A model generated the notes under the pieces. That model was given only the letters and a program-made list of their open reading frames with translations, made no database searches and had not been told where the DNA came from. Below, piece after piece: positions 18,606 to 27,946 of a DNA stretch of 39,165 bases. This stretch comes from an uncultured Clostridia bacterium. GTDB taxonomy: Bacteria > Aerophobota > Aerophobia > Aerophobales > B3-G15. The position numbers and the translations under genes are program-made. The DNA is taken from positions 1-39,165 of the forward strand of contig CAYZYX010000014.1 in the NCBI GenBank assembly GCA_964482715.1, in the 5' to 3' direction. The first letter of the stretch is position 1. Every line of letters starts with the position of its first letter.

Positions 18606-19382
18606 TCAGGAGTAAATCAAACTATCTTTAAGAGGAAAAAAAGGGAGGGATTTGATCATTTTCTGGTAGGCAAATTCCATTAAATACTTGAGATTGACAA
18701 CGTCCTCCCGGTTGTATTCAAGCAAAAGCTTAAGAGCCTCCGGTTCTCCATCCATATACCTGTTCCAGAGTTTCACGGCATCAAAACCGTTGAGATTTCT
18801 TACTCTCCTGGATCGTTGTATTCCAAGAGCCCTTTCAATTTTTTTCAAACCACCGCTGTAACCAAGTCTCTGCAGGAGGTATCTTAGATCAATGTGTGCC
18901 TGAGGAAACTCAAATCCTCCAAAGGCGTATTGCAGGAAAGGAATGTCAAATTGCTTACCATTATAAGTGACAATAACCAGATACTTTCTAATTACCTGAG
19001 GGAATCTATTTAAATTTTTTCCCTGAACGAAAAACTGCATATTTTCACCATCAAAAAGACCTATTACCGTTACATAATCTCTGCCTGTTCCAAGTCCGGT
19101 AGTTTCAATGTCCAGGAAGGCTGTTCTTTTTTTAAATTCGGGATAAAGTCTCCAGAGTTCTTTTTCAGGTAAAAACCTCTTAAAAAAAAGTATATCCTTT
19201 TTTAAAAGTGCATTCAGAGACAATCTTAAAAAAAGTGATAGATTAAGATGAATCCTGGTGGGAAGTCCAATCTGGTAGGGGTTCTTAAAATAATCTTCCC
19301 AGCACAGGATGTTGTTTCGCCAGAGAAATTGCTCCGTTCTTTCTCCAATTCCCGGAATGTGAATGAAGGTATATTTGAGCAA
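18606..19382 (-). CDS. YprB-like RNase H-fold (DEDD-type) exonuclease
   Basis: FLDIETTGL, TYNGKQFDIPF, HIDL, GGLKKIE and YNREDV motifs; N-terminal HhH-like IPGIG. Confidence 0.88.
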   Translation of the reverse strand: MLKYTFIHIPGIGERTEQFLWRNNILCWEDYFKNPYQIGLPTRIHLNLSLFLRLSLNALLKKDILFFKRFLPEKELWRLYPEFKKRTAFLDIETTGLGTGRDYVTVIGLFDGENMQFFVQGKNLNRFPQVIRKYLVIVTYNGKQFDIPFLQYAFGGFEFPQAHIDLRYLLQRLGYSGGLKKIERALGIQRSRRVRNLNGFDAVKLWNRYMDGEPEALKLLLEYNREDVVNLKYLMEFAYQKMIKSLPFFPLKDSLIYS

Positions 19383-19407
19383 ACCAGACTCCTTTTTTGT
19401 CCTTTCT

Positions 19408-19435
19408 ATTGTATTTTTATAGTTAAACCTGTCAA
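19408..19435 (-). promoter_or_regulatory. Sigma70-type promoter for the nuclease-leuB unit
   Basis: Minus strand TTGACA-N16-TACAAT. Confidence 0.65.
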
Positions 19436-19489
19436 CTGTCCCTGACTGACATTGGGACAGCTTTCATCTGTACCTTTCGCCTTAGGCTC

Positions 19490-19973
19490 CTCCATGAAAG
19501 GGATACTCCTTTCAGCTATGTAGTGAGGAGTAACTTTTTTCCCGTTGAGATAACAAGAGAAATTGCCAATGGCAAGTGGAACTGTTTCTCTCAGGCGGTT
19601 TTTTACATCTTCAATTCGAAATTTTCTGGTAAGTCCCAGGAGAGTAACCCTGGTCCCATCATGCTGTCCTGGAGGAGAGGTAGACAGCCAGACTGGCAAA
19701 TTTCCCTATCCCAAACTGACCGATTAAGTCTCTTCCAAAGATGGTAGATTTTTTCTGTTTCCTTTTATGGGGAGAACCTATGTTAAAGTACCATTTTAAA
19801 CCCTCAAGATCCACCCCGGTTCCATTGTCCTCAACAACGATCTTTTCTTCGTCAATGGTAATATCCACCCTTGTGGCGTCAGCATCATAAGCATTGTTGA
19901 CCAGCTCTCTGATAAGTTCGATACTTTCCCCGTAAAGATGCTCTCCCGGAGTGATAATATGATTTTTATATTT
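19490..19973 (-). pseudogene. Remnant of a GHKL (HATPase_c_3/MORC-like) ATPase gene
   Basis: A frame with no start codon before the N box reads HLYGESIELIRELVNNAYDADAT...EDNGTG...IGQFGIGKFASLA. It then shifts frame to HDGTRVTL...YLNGKKV and is truncated. Confidence 0.85.
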
Positions 19974-20046
19974 TTATTTTCAATCTCTTTATAGCAAATA
20001 TTCAAAAAAATACAACAGATCCCCTTCAATGTCAGGATTATCCTTA

Positions 20047-20075
20047 TTGACAGCGTCCCGTTTGTCTTATAAATT
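20047..20075 (+). promoter_or_regulatory. Possible sigma70 promoter for queH-obgE-proB
   Basis: TTGACA-N17-TAAATT. Confidence 0.5.
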
Positions 20076-20097
20076 ATAAGGTGAGGCCATATTCAAG

Positions 20098-20643
20098 ATG
20101 AAAATTCTCGTTCACATATGCTGTGCTCCCTGTGCTCTTTATGTCTTTCCCAGATTAAAAGAGAAGTTTGATGAAGTAATTGGATTCTGGTACAATCCCA
20201 ACATCCATCCACTTCAGGAATATCTCAAAAGATTAAACTCTGTCAGGGAATGGGCAGAAAAAGAAGGGGCAAAAATAATCTACGAAAACAGATACGAGCT
20301 TCAGGAATTTTTAAGAGAGATTGTTTACCGTGAGTCAAAGCGCTGCCTGATATGCTATTATATCCGGTTTAAAAAAACAGCCATCTTTGCCAGAAGAGGA
20401 AAATTTGACTATTTCGGGTCAACCCTTCTTTATTCCCCCCACCAGAACCGGGATCTTATGATTCAGGCTATTGAGCAAGTGGGCAAGGAATATTCGGTAA
20501 AACCCTACCTTCATCAGTTTAAGGAGGGCTGGAGGGAAAGCAGGGAGATTTCCAGAAAAATGGGTCTTTACCATCAAAATTACTGTGGATGTATTTACTC
20601 TGAAGAAGAAAGATACAGGAAGCTTTTAGAAAATGACACGTGA
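20098..20643 (+). CDS. queH: Epoxyqueuosine reductase QueH (DUF208)
   Basis: HICCAPC, YNPNIHP..EY..R, RCLICY, TLLYSP and QNYCGCIYS motifs. Confidence 0.93.
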   Translation: MKILVHICCAPCALYVFPRLKEKFDEVIGFWYNPNIHPLQEYLKRLNSVREWAEKEGAKIIYENRYELQEFLREIVYRESKRCLICYYIRFKKTAIFARRGKFDYFGSTLLYSPHQNRDLMIQAIEQVGKEYSVKPYLHQFKEGWRESREISRKMGLYHQNYCGCIYSEEERYRKLLENDT

Positions 20644-21646
20644 ATATTTCTTTGACGAGGTGAAAATCCATGTTAGAGCTGGCAGAGGTGGAGATGGGTG
20701 CGTGAGTTTTCGGCGGGAAAAAGGGGTTCCCCGGGGAGGCCCGGATGGTGGAGATGGAGGGGACGGGGGAAGTATAATCCTTAAAGCTGACAGGAGGGTT
20801 TCCACTCTTGCCTACTTTCACGACCACAGCCACTTTGTAGCTGAAAATGGAGCCCCAGGCAGTGGAAAAAATAAAAAAGGAAAAAAGGGACAGGATATAA
20901 TTTTAAATACCCCACCTGGAACCGTGGTGAAGGACGAGCAGGGAAATATTCTTGCTGATCTGGATGAGCACGGAAAAGTATTTCTCGTGGCCAGAGGAGG
21001 AAGAGGGGGAAAAGGTAACGCCAGCTTTAAAACTCCCGTCAATCAGGCACCTCGAACTGCAGAGAAAGGTGAAAGCGGGGAGACTCGCTGGCTTAAACTG
21101 GAACTAAAACTCATCGCCGATGTGGGAATAGTTGGTCTTCCCAATGCCGGTAAATCCACTTTGCTTTCCAGAATTTCCAGCGCTCATCCCAAAATAGCTC
21201 CCTATCCTTTCACCACTTTGAGACCTCATCTGGGAATAGTTAAAGTTGATGAGTTGAGAAGTTTCATTGCTGCTGATCTTCCTGGATTGATAGAAAAAGC
21301 ATCAGAGGGTAAGGGTCTTGGCCATAGATTCTTAAGACATGTAGAGAGGAGCAAGATACTTCTTCACCTGATTGATGTGGGTGATGATACTTCGCCAGAT
21401 CCTGTGGAAAAATACCACATTATAATAAGAGAACTTGAAAATTATAATCCTGAACTTTTAAAAAAGCCACAAATCGTTGCCGGCAATAAAATAGACCTTC
21501 CAGGAGCAAGAGAGAGATTGAAAAAGTTAAAGGAAAGTTTAAAATTAGATTATCCCGTGCTGGGGATTTCAGCAAAAACAGGTGAAGGATTAAAAGACCT
21601 GATTTTTCAACTCTCAGAGGTCCTCTGGAAAGATGAAGGCAGGTAG
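20633..21646 (+). CDS. obgE: GTPase ObgE (no extended C-terminal domain)
   Basis: Gly-rich Obg fold, GLPNAGKS, YPFTTL, DLPG and NKID motifs. Confidence 0.97.
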   Translation: MTREYFFDEVKIHVRAGRGGDGCVSFRREKGVPRGGPDGGDGGDGGSIILKADRRVSTLAYFHDHSHFVAENGAPGSGKNKKGKKGQDIILNTPPGTVVKDEQGNILADLDEHGKVFLVARGGRGGKGNASFKTPVNQAPRTAEKGESGETRWLKLELKLIADVGIVGLPNAGKSTLLSRISSAHPKIAPYPFTTLRPHLGIVKVDELRSFIAADLPGLIEKASEGKGLGHRFLRHVERSKILLHLIDVGDDTSPDPVEKYHIIIRELENYNPELLKKPQIVAGNKIDLPGARERLKKLKESLKLDYPVLGISAKTGEGLKDLIFQLSEVLWKDEGR

Positions 21647-22763
21647 AACTTATTTTATCAAAAAAGCCAGAAAACTGGTCATAAAGGTAGGTAGCAGTTT
21701 GCTATTAAAGGAGAAGGAAATTGATTTGCCCTTTGTGACAGAACTTGTTGATTCAATAGATAAACTCTTAAAGGAAGGAAGACAGGTGGTTCTGGTATCC
21801 TCTGGAGCTATTGCCCTTGGAAGTAAGAAAGTAAAAGGAAGCCATCGGTTTCAAAATCTGAAAGCTATCCCTTCCAAACAGGCTCTGGCAAGCATTGGCC
21901 AGATCCAACTCATGGATCTTTACTACCGATGGTTTGAAAAAAGGGGCCTAATTGTAGGTCAGGTTCTTCTAACTGCAGGAGATCTCTCTCACCGCCTGGC
22001 TTATCTTAATGCCCGAAACACCATCCTTACTCTCCTCAACCTGGAAACCATCCCCATAGTGAATGAAAATGATACAGTTGCTGTGGAGGAGATAAAATTT
22101 GGAGATAATGATACTCTTTCAGCACTGGTTGCCGGGCTTATAGATGCCGACCTTCTGGTTATACTTTCCGACATTGAGGGGCTTTACACCTGTGATCCTA
22201 AAAAAAATCCCCGGGCCGAACTTATTCCTCTGGTGGATAGAATAAACAGGGAAATAGAACAGATGGCTCAGGGAACCTGTGTGGAGGGAAGAGTAGGTGG
22301 AATGCAAACAAAAATAGAGGCAGCCAAAGTAGCTACCAGGTCCGGAATACCGGTGATTATTGGTGGCGGTAGAGGCTTTTTAAAGAGACTCTTTTCTACA
22401 GCCCAGGGTGGAACACTTTTTCTTCCCGCTAAGGATAGGCTCCAGGCCAAAAAACAGTGGATTGCATATGGAAGCAAGGTAAAGGGAAAAATCCTTGTGG
22501 ATGAGGGGGCAAAGGAGGCAATTTTAAAAAAAGGAGGAAGTCTTCTTCCTGTAGGTATAAAAGGGGTGGTGGGTAAGTTTCAACCGGGTGATACGGTGGG
22601 ACTGGTGGATTTTCAGGGAAAGGAGTTTGCCAGAGGGATAGTCTATTATTCAAATCAGGAACTGGAAAAATTAAAAGGTGTACACACCCAGGAGATTGAG
22701 AAAAAACTGGGATACAAATATTATGATGAGGTGATACACCGGGACAATCTGGTTATCATCTAA
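21633..22763 (+). CDS. proB: Glutamate 5-kinase with PUA domain
   Basis: VIKVGSS, VSSGAI, NENDTV, GDNDTLSA, GGMQTK and IHRDNLV motifs. Confidence 0.97.
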   Translation: MKAGRTYFIKKARKLVIKVGSSLLLKEKEIDLPFVTELVDSIDKLLKEGRQVVLVSSGAIALGSKKVKGSHRFQNLKAIPSKQALASIGQIQLMDLYYRWFEKRGLIVGQVLLTAGDLSHRLAYLNARNTILTLLNLETIPIVNENDTVAVEEIKFGDNDTLSALVAGLIDADLLVILSDIEGLYTCDPKKNPRAELIPLVDRINREIEQMAQGTCVEGRVGGMQTKIEAAKVATRSGIPVIIGGGRGFLKRLFSTAQGGTLFLPAKDRLQAKKQWIAYGSKVKGKILVDEGAKEAILKKGGSLLPVGIKGVVGKFQPGDTVGLVDFQGKEFARGIVYYSNQELEKLKGVHTQEIEKKLGYKYYDEVIHRDNLVII

Positions 22764-23664
22764 TTTCAAACCCGATGTCTTTCAGAGAATCAATGTTTTT
22801 GCGCCACCCTTTCTTTACACCTATATTCAAATCAAGATAAACCCTGCATCCCAGGCGATTTTCTATCTCCTTTCTGGCCAGTTCTCCTATTTTCTTAATC
22901 ATACTCCCCTTTTTCCCTATAAGGATACCTTTTTGAGATGAGTGTTCCGCATAAATGGTGGCACTTATATAGGTTAGATCCCGGCTTCTCTCCTTAAACT
23001 CATGAACCTTAACCAGAACAGAATAGGGAACCTCCTGACGGGTAAGCTGAAATACCTTTTCTCTTATAAGTTCTGCCACCAGAATCCTCTCTGGTTGATC
23101 GGTAATCAAATCTGAAGAATAATAGGGGGGATGATCGGGAAGATAGCCAATTATTTCTCCCGTCAGGATAGACAGGTTGGTTCCCTTTTTGGCAGAAATG
23201 GGAATGGATTTGTTAAAAGTAAAAAGTTTTTCATACTCACCCATGTAGTTATCTATTTCCTCTTTTTTTATTCTGTCGATTTTGTTTAATGCCAGAATGG
23301 TCGGCTTTCTTATTTTTTTTAAATGAGAGAAAATAAACTCATCTTCGGGTCCGGGAATTTTAGGTTCAACAATCACCACCACCACATCCACCCCCTCCAG
23401 ACCCTTTATAGTTTCTTCCAGAATCTTTCGATCAACTGGTGTGGGAGCTTTGTCTATATGCATGAGCCCTGGAGTATCCACAAAGACAATCTGAGCTTCC
23501 TCAAAGGTAACAACTCCCCTTATAATGTTACGTGTAGTCTGAGGTCGTGGAGAAATGATGGCAATTTTTTCCCCCACCAGTTTGTTCAATAAAGTGGATT
23601 TTCCCACATTGGGTCTACCCACAAGTGTCACAAAACCGGCCTTGTATTGAGTATTTGGATTCAT
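22756..23664 (-). CDS. era: GTPase Era
   Basis: GRPNVGKSTL, PQTTR, DTPG and NKID motifs; KH domain with SQKGILIGKKG. Confidence 0.97.
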   Translation of the reverse strand: MNPNTQYKAGFVTLVGRPNVGKSTLLNKLVGEKIAIISPRPQTTRNIIRGVVTFEEAQIVFVDTPGLMHIDKAPTPVDRKILEETIKGLEGVDVVVVIVEPKIPGPEDEFIFSHLKKIRKPTILALNKIDRIKKEEIDNYMGEYEKLFTFNKSIPISAKKGTNLSILTGEIIGYLPDHPPYYSSDLITDQPERILVAELIREKVFQLTRQEVPYSVLVKVHEFKERSRDLTYISATIYAEHSSQKGILIGKKGSMIKKIGELARKEIENRLGCRVYLDLNIGVKKGWRKNIDSLKDIGFEIR

Positions 23665-23686
23665 ATTTCACCTTAATTTTCAAAAT

Positions 23687-23720
23687 AAAAGTACCCTCCC
23701 TTCCCGGAGGGTACTTTTTT
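23687..23720. terminator. Hairpin terminator between spoVG and era (A/T tracts on both sides)
   Basis: AAAAGTACCCTCC-CTTCCC-GGAGGGTACTTTT. Confidence 0.85.
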
Positions 23721-23728
23721 GTCTGATT

Positions 23729-23986
23729 TTATGTAGTTTGGCGATTGTACTCGTTAAGAACCTCTCTTTGAATTGTCTCTCTCAATTCTGGAGTTAAAGG
23801 GTAGGCAGTGTCAATAAACTCCCCGTTGGGTAATTTTCGAGAAGGCATAGCTACAAAGGGGCCATCTCTTCCCTGAATGATTTTAAGTCCATGAATGCGG
23901 AACTCATTGTCAAAAGTTAAAGTTACCCAGGCTTTAAATCTATCTTTGCCTTCCACTTTCTTTATTTTTATCTCAGAAATTCTCAA
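23729..23986 (-). CDS. spoVG: SpoVG family nucleic-acid-binding regulator
   Basis: KAWVTLTFDNEFRIHGLKII.G..G.FVAMPSRK motif; TTG start at 23986 behind AGGAGG. Confidence 0.93.
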   Translation of the reverse strand: MRISEIKIKKVEGKDRFKAWVTLTFDNEFRIHGLKIIQGRDGPFVAMPSRKLPNGEFIDTAYPLTPELRETIQREVLNEYNRQTT

Positions 23987-23987
23987 G

Positions 23988-24875
23988 CTAATCCTCCTTG
24001 CTAACTCCTTCAACAGGTTGTGTCACAAAAACTTTTCCCTTTCCCGAAAGAGCTTTTGCCAGCTTTAGAGCAGTTTCTCTATCCTCCACCAGACCAAAGA
24101 CCGTGGATCCGCTTCCTGACATCAAAACCCCTCTCACACCCATATTTTTAATTTTTTTCTTAATATCACCTATTACGGGAAACCTCTCAACCACCACCTC
24201 CTCTAATTTATTGTAAAGCAAACCTTCCACGCTGGTAAGTTTCCTGGAAGATAATATCTGTTTTACCCGGCTCAAGTTTAATTTAACATTTAAACCTGAC
24301 GGTGTCAACCTTGAACTGACCTTTGAATAAGCCCAGGCTGTGGACACCGGTATCTCTGGATAAACAAGAACCACCCAGCCTTCCCTCATGGAAGGTAGTG
24401 GGTAAATTTTCTCGCCTTTACCCCTCAAAATAGCTGTTCCACCAAGGATACAAAAAGGAACATCAGCACCCAGTTTCAAAGAACAACTTAAAAGTCTGGA
24501 AAGGTCAATTCGGGTGTCAAAAAGCCAGTTCAACCCTATTAAAGTCCCGGCAGCATCGGCACTACCTCCTCCCAGTCCTCCACCCACGGGAATTTTCTTT
24601 TCAAGGTATATCTTTACTCCCGGGGAAATAGAGGTTACTTCAAAGAAGAGTTTTGCCGCTTTGAAGACCAGGTTATCCCCTTTCCGAAGCCCGCTACCCT
24701 CAGAAAGATCAATCTCAATACCTTTTTTTATTTTTTCCAGTCGAAGAACGTCGTAGAGACTGATGGACTGAGCAAGGGATTCAATTTCATGATACCCATC
24801 ATCTCTCCTGTACAGGACATCAAGATAAAGATTTAGCTTGGCTGGAACCCTCAGGGCTAATCTTCTCATTGTCAT
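23988..24875 (-). CDS. ispE: 4-diphosphocytidyl-2C-methyl-D-erythritol kinase
   Basis: PAKLNLYL, DGYHE, KKIPVGGGLGGGSADAA, LGADVPF and MSGSGSTVF motifs. Confidence 0.97.
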   Translation of the reverse strand: MTMRRLALRVPAKLNLYLDVLYRRDDGYHEIESLAQSISLYDVLRLEKIKKGIEIDLSEGSGLRKGDNLVFKAAKLFFEVTSISPGVKIYLEKKIPVGGGLGGGSADAAGTLIGLNWLFDTRIDLSRLLSCSLKLGADVPFCILGGTAILRGKGEKIYPLPSMREGWVVLVYPEIPVSTAWAYSKVSSRLTPSGLNVKLNLSRVKQILSSRKLTSVEGLLYNKLEEVVVERFPVIGDIKKKIKNMGVRGVLMSGSGSTVFGLVEDRETALKLAKALSGKGKVFVTQPVEGVSKED

Positions 24876-24881
24876 AACTTA

Positions 24882-27152
24882 CTAATCACATTCGCTGTAA
24901 CCACAGGATTTGCAAACGAAACAGCCACCTTCATGTTCTATTGCACTTGACCCACATTCAGGACAGGCTCCAATTCCTCTTTCTGACTGAAAGTTAGCCG
25001 GTTTTACCTCCAGTTTCTTTTCTACTTTTTTTATCTTAACCTCGGAGAGAGGTTTCTTGCCTGCCTTCTCTTCCTGGTAAAGTTCTATAGCTTTAGCTAC
25101 GGCATCGGCACAGGAAAGAATTCTGCCTTTTCCAAGACCCCAGGGACGATCACAGCTTATTCCTTTAAGTTGTTTTACTATTAAAAACCAGGGAATTCCC
25201 GAACGAAGGGCAAGAGAAGCCAGTCTTCCTATTGCCTCTGTCTGGGAAGCTGCACATCCTCCTGATTTTCCAAGTTGAGCAAAAACCTCAAAAGGTTCCC
25301 CTTGCTCATCTTCATTTATGGTGACATAAAGGTCCCCACATCCTGTTCTTATCTCTCTGGTCATACCATAGGTTACCTTTGCTCGAGGACGAGGGGTAAG
25401 AACCGCTTTTTCCCTTTCCTTTTCCCCTACCGTGATTACCTGTTCCTCTCTACTTTTGTCTCGATAAACCGTTATTCCCTTGCATCCCAGTTTATAAGCC
25501 AGAATAAAGGCATCTCTGATATCATTTTTTGTGGCACTGTTGGGCAAATTGATGGTTTTGGACACTGCATTATCGGTGTAGCGCTGAAAAACAGCCTGCA
25601 TCTTTATATGGTCCTGGTAGGAAATATCAAAGGCAGTAACAAATATTTTTCTTATCTCCTCCGGAACCTCAGATATATCCTGACAGCTTCCGTTGGTGGC
25701 GGCAATTTTGTCCATAAGTTCTCTGGAATAAAAGCCTTCCTTCCGGGCTATTTTTTCAAATTCACCGTTAATATATAAAAGTCTTTCTCCTCCCAGGACT
25801 TCCTTGTAGTAAACCAGACTAAAAAGAGGTTCAATACCTGAAGAGCAGTCCGCAATCATGGAAATACTGCCCGTAGGCGCGATGGTAGTGGTGGTGGCAT
25901 TTCTAAGTGCCATTCCCCTCTCGTTCCACACACTTTTCTTAAAATTAGGGAAGACTCCCCTTTCTTTAGCTATTTTTTGAGAAGCCTTTTTGGACTCTTC
26001 CTGAATAAAGCTCATCAACTTTTCTGCCAGATTTAAAGCCTTCTTAGAATTGTATGGAATCCTCAATTTAATCAGCGTATCGGCAAATCCCATAACTCCC
26101 AAACCGATTTTTCGGTTTGCCTTGGTATTTTTTTCAATCTGGGGTAGAGGATACCTGTTCATGTCTATCACGTTATCCAAAAAGCGCACGGCAATGTGAA
26201 CCACTCCTCTTAGCTTTTCCCAGTTCAACTTTCCATTTTCCACCATGCAGGAAAGATTTATAGAACCCAGATTACAGGATTCATAAGGAAGAAGGGGCTG
26301 TTCACCACAGGGATTTGTGGATTCTATGAGTGCTATCTTGGGCGTGGGATTGAACTGGTTTATTCTATCCAGAAAGATAATTCCCGGTTCACCGTTTTTC
26401 CAGGCCATTTCTGCTATTTTGTCCAGGACTTCAGCAGCATTTAACCTGCCGGAGACTTTCCCCGTATGAGGGTCTATAAGTTCATACTCACCCTGTCTCT
26501 GGGCAGCTTCCATAAAAGCATCACTCACCGCAACAGAGATATTGAAATTTCTAAGTTCCCCTTCTTTCTCCTTGCAGGTTATAAACTCCAGAATATCAGG
26601 ATGATTCACGTTAAGGATACCCATATTGGCACCACGTCTTCTTCCACCCTGCTTTATGGCTTCCGTGGAAGCATCAAAAACCTTCATGAAAGAAACAGGA
26701 CCACTTGCCACACCTGAAGTTGTCCCCACCGGAGAACCTTTAGGCCTTATTCTGCTGAAAGAAAAACCTGTTCCCCCACCGGATTTATGAATTATGGCTG
26801 CATGTTTTATAGCTTCATAAATAGATTCTATGGAATCATCAACCGAGAGAACAAAACAGGCAGAAAGTTGCTGCAGATTTGTTCCTGCATTCATAAGTGT
26901 GGGGGAGTTGGGGAGAAATTCAAAGCGTGCCATAATCTCAAAAAAATTCTCCTCTATTTCCTTTACCTCTTTTTCGCTTTTTCCGTACAGCTTTTCGGCC
27001 TGTGCAATGTTATGAGCCACCCGTTGGAACATCTGTTCCGGAGTTTCAATCACTTTACCCTCGGTGTCTTTCTGTAGATATCTTTTTTCAAGGACTTTTA
27101 AGGCATTATCTGACAGGTTAATTTTAAATCTTGCAGACATTTTTTTCCTCAT
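24882..27152 (-). CDS. nrdJ: Adenosylcobalamin-dependent (class II) ribonucleotide reductase with C-terminal TSCPD/zinc-ribbon region
   Basis: FLPNSPTLMNAG, QLSACF, TNPCGEQPL, IAPTGSIS, KGITVYRD, TGCG, SCADA and CPEC...CKSCGYSEC motifs. Confidence 0.95.
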   Translation of the reverse strand: MRKKMSARFKINLSDNALKVLEKRYLQKDTEGKVIETPEQMFQRVAHNIAQAEKLYGKSEKEVKEIEENFFEIMARFEFLPNSPTLMNAGTNLQQLSACFVLSVDDSIESIYEAIKHAAIIHKSGGGTGFSFSRIRPKGSPVGTTSGVASGPVSFMKVFDASTEAIKQGGRRRGANMGILNVNHPDILEFITCKEKEGELRNFNISVAVSDAFMEAAQRQGEYELIDPHTGKVSGRLNAAEVLDKIAEMAWKNGEPGIIFLDRINQFNPTPKIALIESTNPCGEQPLLPYESCNLGSINLSCMVENGKLNWEKLRGVVHIAVRFLDNVIDMNRYPLPQIEKNTKANRKIGLGVMGFADTLIKLRIPYNSKKALNLAEKLMSFIQEESKKASQKIAKERGVFPNFKKSVWNERGMALRNATTTTIAPTGSISMIADCSSGIEPLFSLVYYKEVLGGERLLYINGEFEKIARKEGFYSRELMDKIAATNGSCQDISEVPEEIRKIFVTAFDISYQDHIKMQAVFQRYTDNAVSKTINLPNSATKNDIRDAFILAYKLGCKGITVYRDKSREEQVITVGEKEREKAVLTPRPRAKVTYGMTREIRTGCGDLYVTINEDEQGEPFEVFAQLGKSGGCAASQTEAIGRLASLALRSGIPWFLIVKQLKGISCDRPWGLGKGRILSCADAVAKAIELYQEEKAGKKPLSEVKIKKVEKKLEVKPANFQSERGIGACPECGSSAIEHEGGCFVCKSCGYSECD

Positions 27153-27931
27153 CAGGTCTTTAATTTAGCTGATATAATCTCAGCTACTTTTTTACCAGAA
27201 AGAAGCATTCCACCAAATACAGGTCCCATCCTTGGTGCTCCATATACGGCATTGGCCGCCATTCCGCTCACATAAATTCCAGGATAAACTTCCCTTGTGT
27301 ATTCCAGAATTGCCGTCTCTCCCTTTTCTGCCCACATGGGACCTTCACCGATTATTTTCCCGGTTGGAGTATTTAGTTTTATATTCTCTCTTTGCTGGAG
27401 CTTTTTTATCACTTCACACCCGTGACCGGTTGCATCCACTGTAGCCTCACAACCCACTGTCAGAGGATCAACATGCAAACCGGCTGTTTTTGTAGCCACC
27501 CAGTTTATCACCAATCCCTGAACTTTTCCATCCTTCACCATCACATCCTCAACTTCCACAAGATTAAAGATCTTCACCCCTTCTCTTATTGCCTTTAAGG
27601 TGAGGCAGGCTACTGCCTCCAGAGAATCTGCCACGTAGTAACCATCATGGTAAGGGGTACATTTTATCTGCATCTCTTCCAGTATCGCCCGAGCTGGTTC
27701 CTGAACCACTATTTTGTTAAACATCATCCCCCCTCCAGGCATACCTCCACCCAGTCTCAGGCTCTTCTCAAAAATTGCGGTCCTTATACCACTTTTTGCC
27801 AGATAGTATCCCGCAGTCAATCCAGCAGGTCCGGCTCCCACCACAGCAACTTTTACCTTCAGACTCTGCTGAAAATCTCTAAAAAAACTCTCAACAATTG
27901 CCCGGGAAATTATGGTCTCATCCAGTTTCAT
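27152..27931 (-). CDS. thi4: Sulfide-dependent adenosine diphosphate thiazole synthase (Thi4, His-type)
   Basis: [33 protein letters not shown] and [14 protein letters not shown] motifs. Confidence 0.95.
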   Translation of the reverse strand: MKLDETIISRAIVESFFRDFQQSLKVKVAVVGAGPAGLTAGYYLAKSGIRTAIFEKSLRLGGGMPGGGMMFNKIVVQEPARAILEEMQIKCTPYHDGYYVADSLEAVACLTLKAIREGVKIFNLVEVEDVMVKDGKVQGLVINWVATKTAGLHVDPLTVGCEATVDATGHGCEVIKKLQQRENIKLNTPTGKIIGEGPMWAEKGETAILEYTREVYPGIYVSGMAANAVYGAPRMGPVFGGMLLSGKKVAEIISAKLKT

Positions 27932-27946
27932 GGCACTTTTCTCCTT

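Noticed and set aside
20633-21646. ObgE lacking the extended C-terminal domain
   Set aside because: Short Obg proteins are common in several lineages. The G motifs are intact and the gene overlaps proB normally.
22756-22763. Convergent overlap of the proB and era 3' ends
   Set aside because: An 8-bp tail-to-tail overlap is ordinary in compact genomes.
24882-27152. Possible intein or intron in nrdJ, or a cobalamin riboswitch upstream
   Set aside because: The ORF is of normal length with contiguous motifs, and its start overlaps thi4, leaving no leader.
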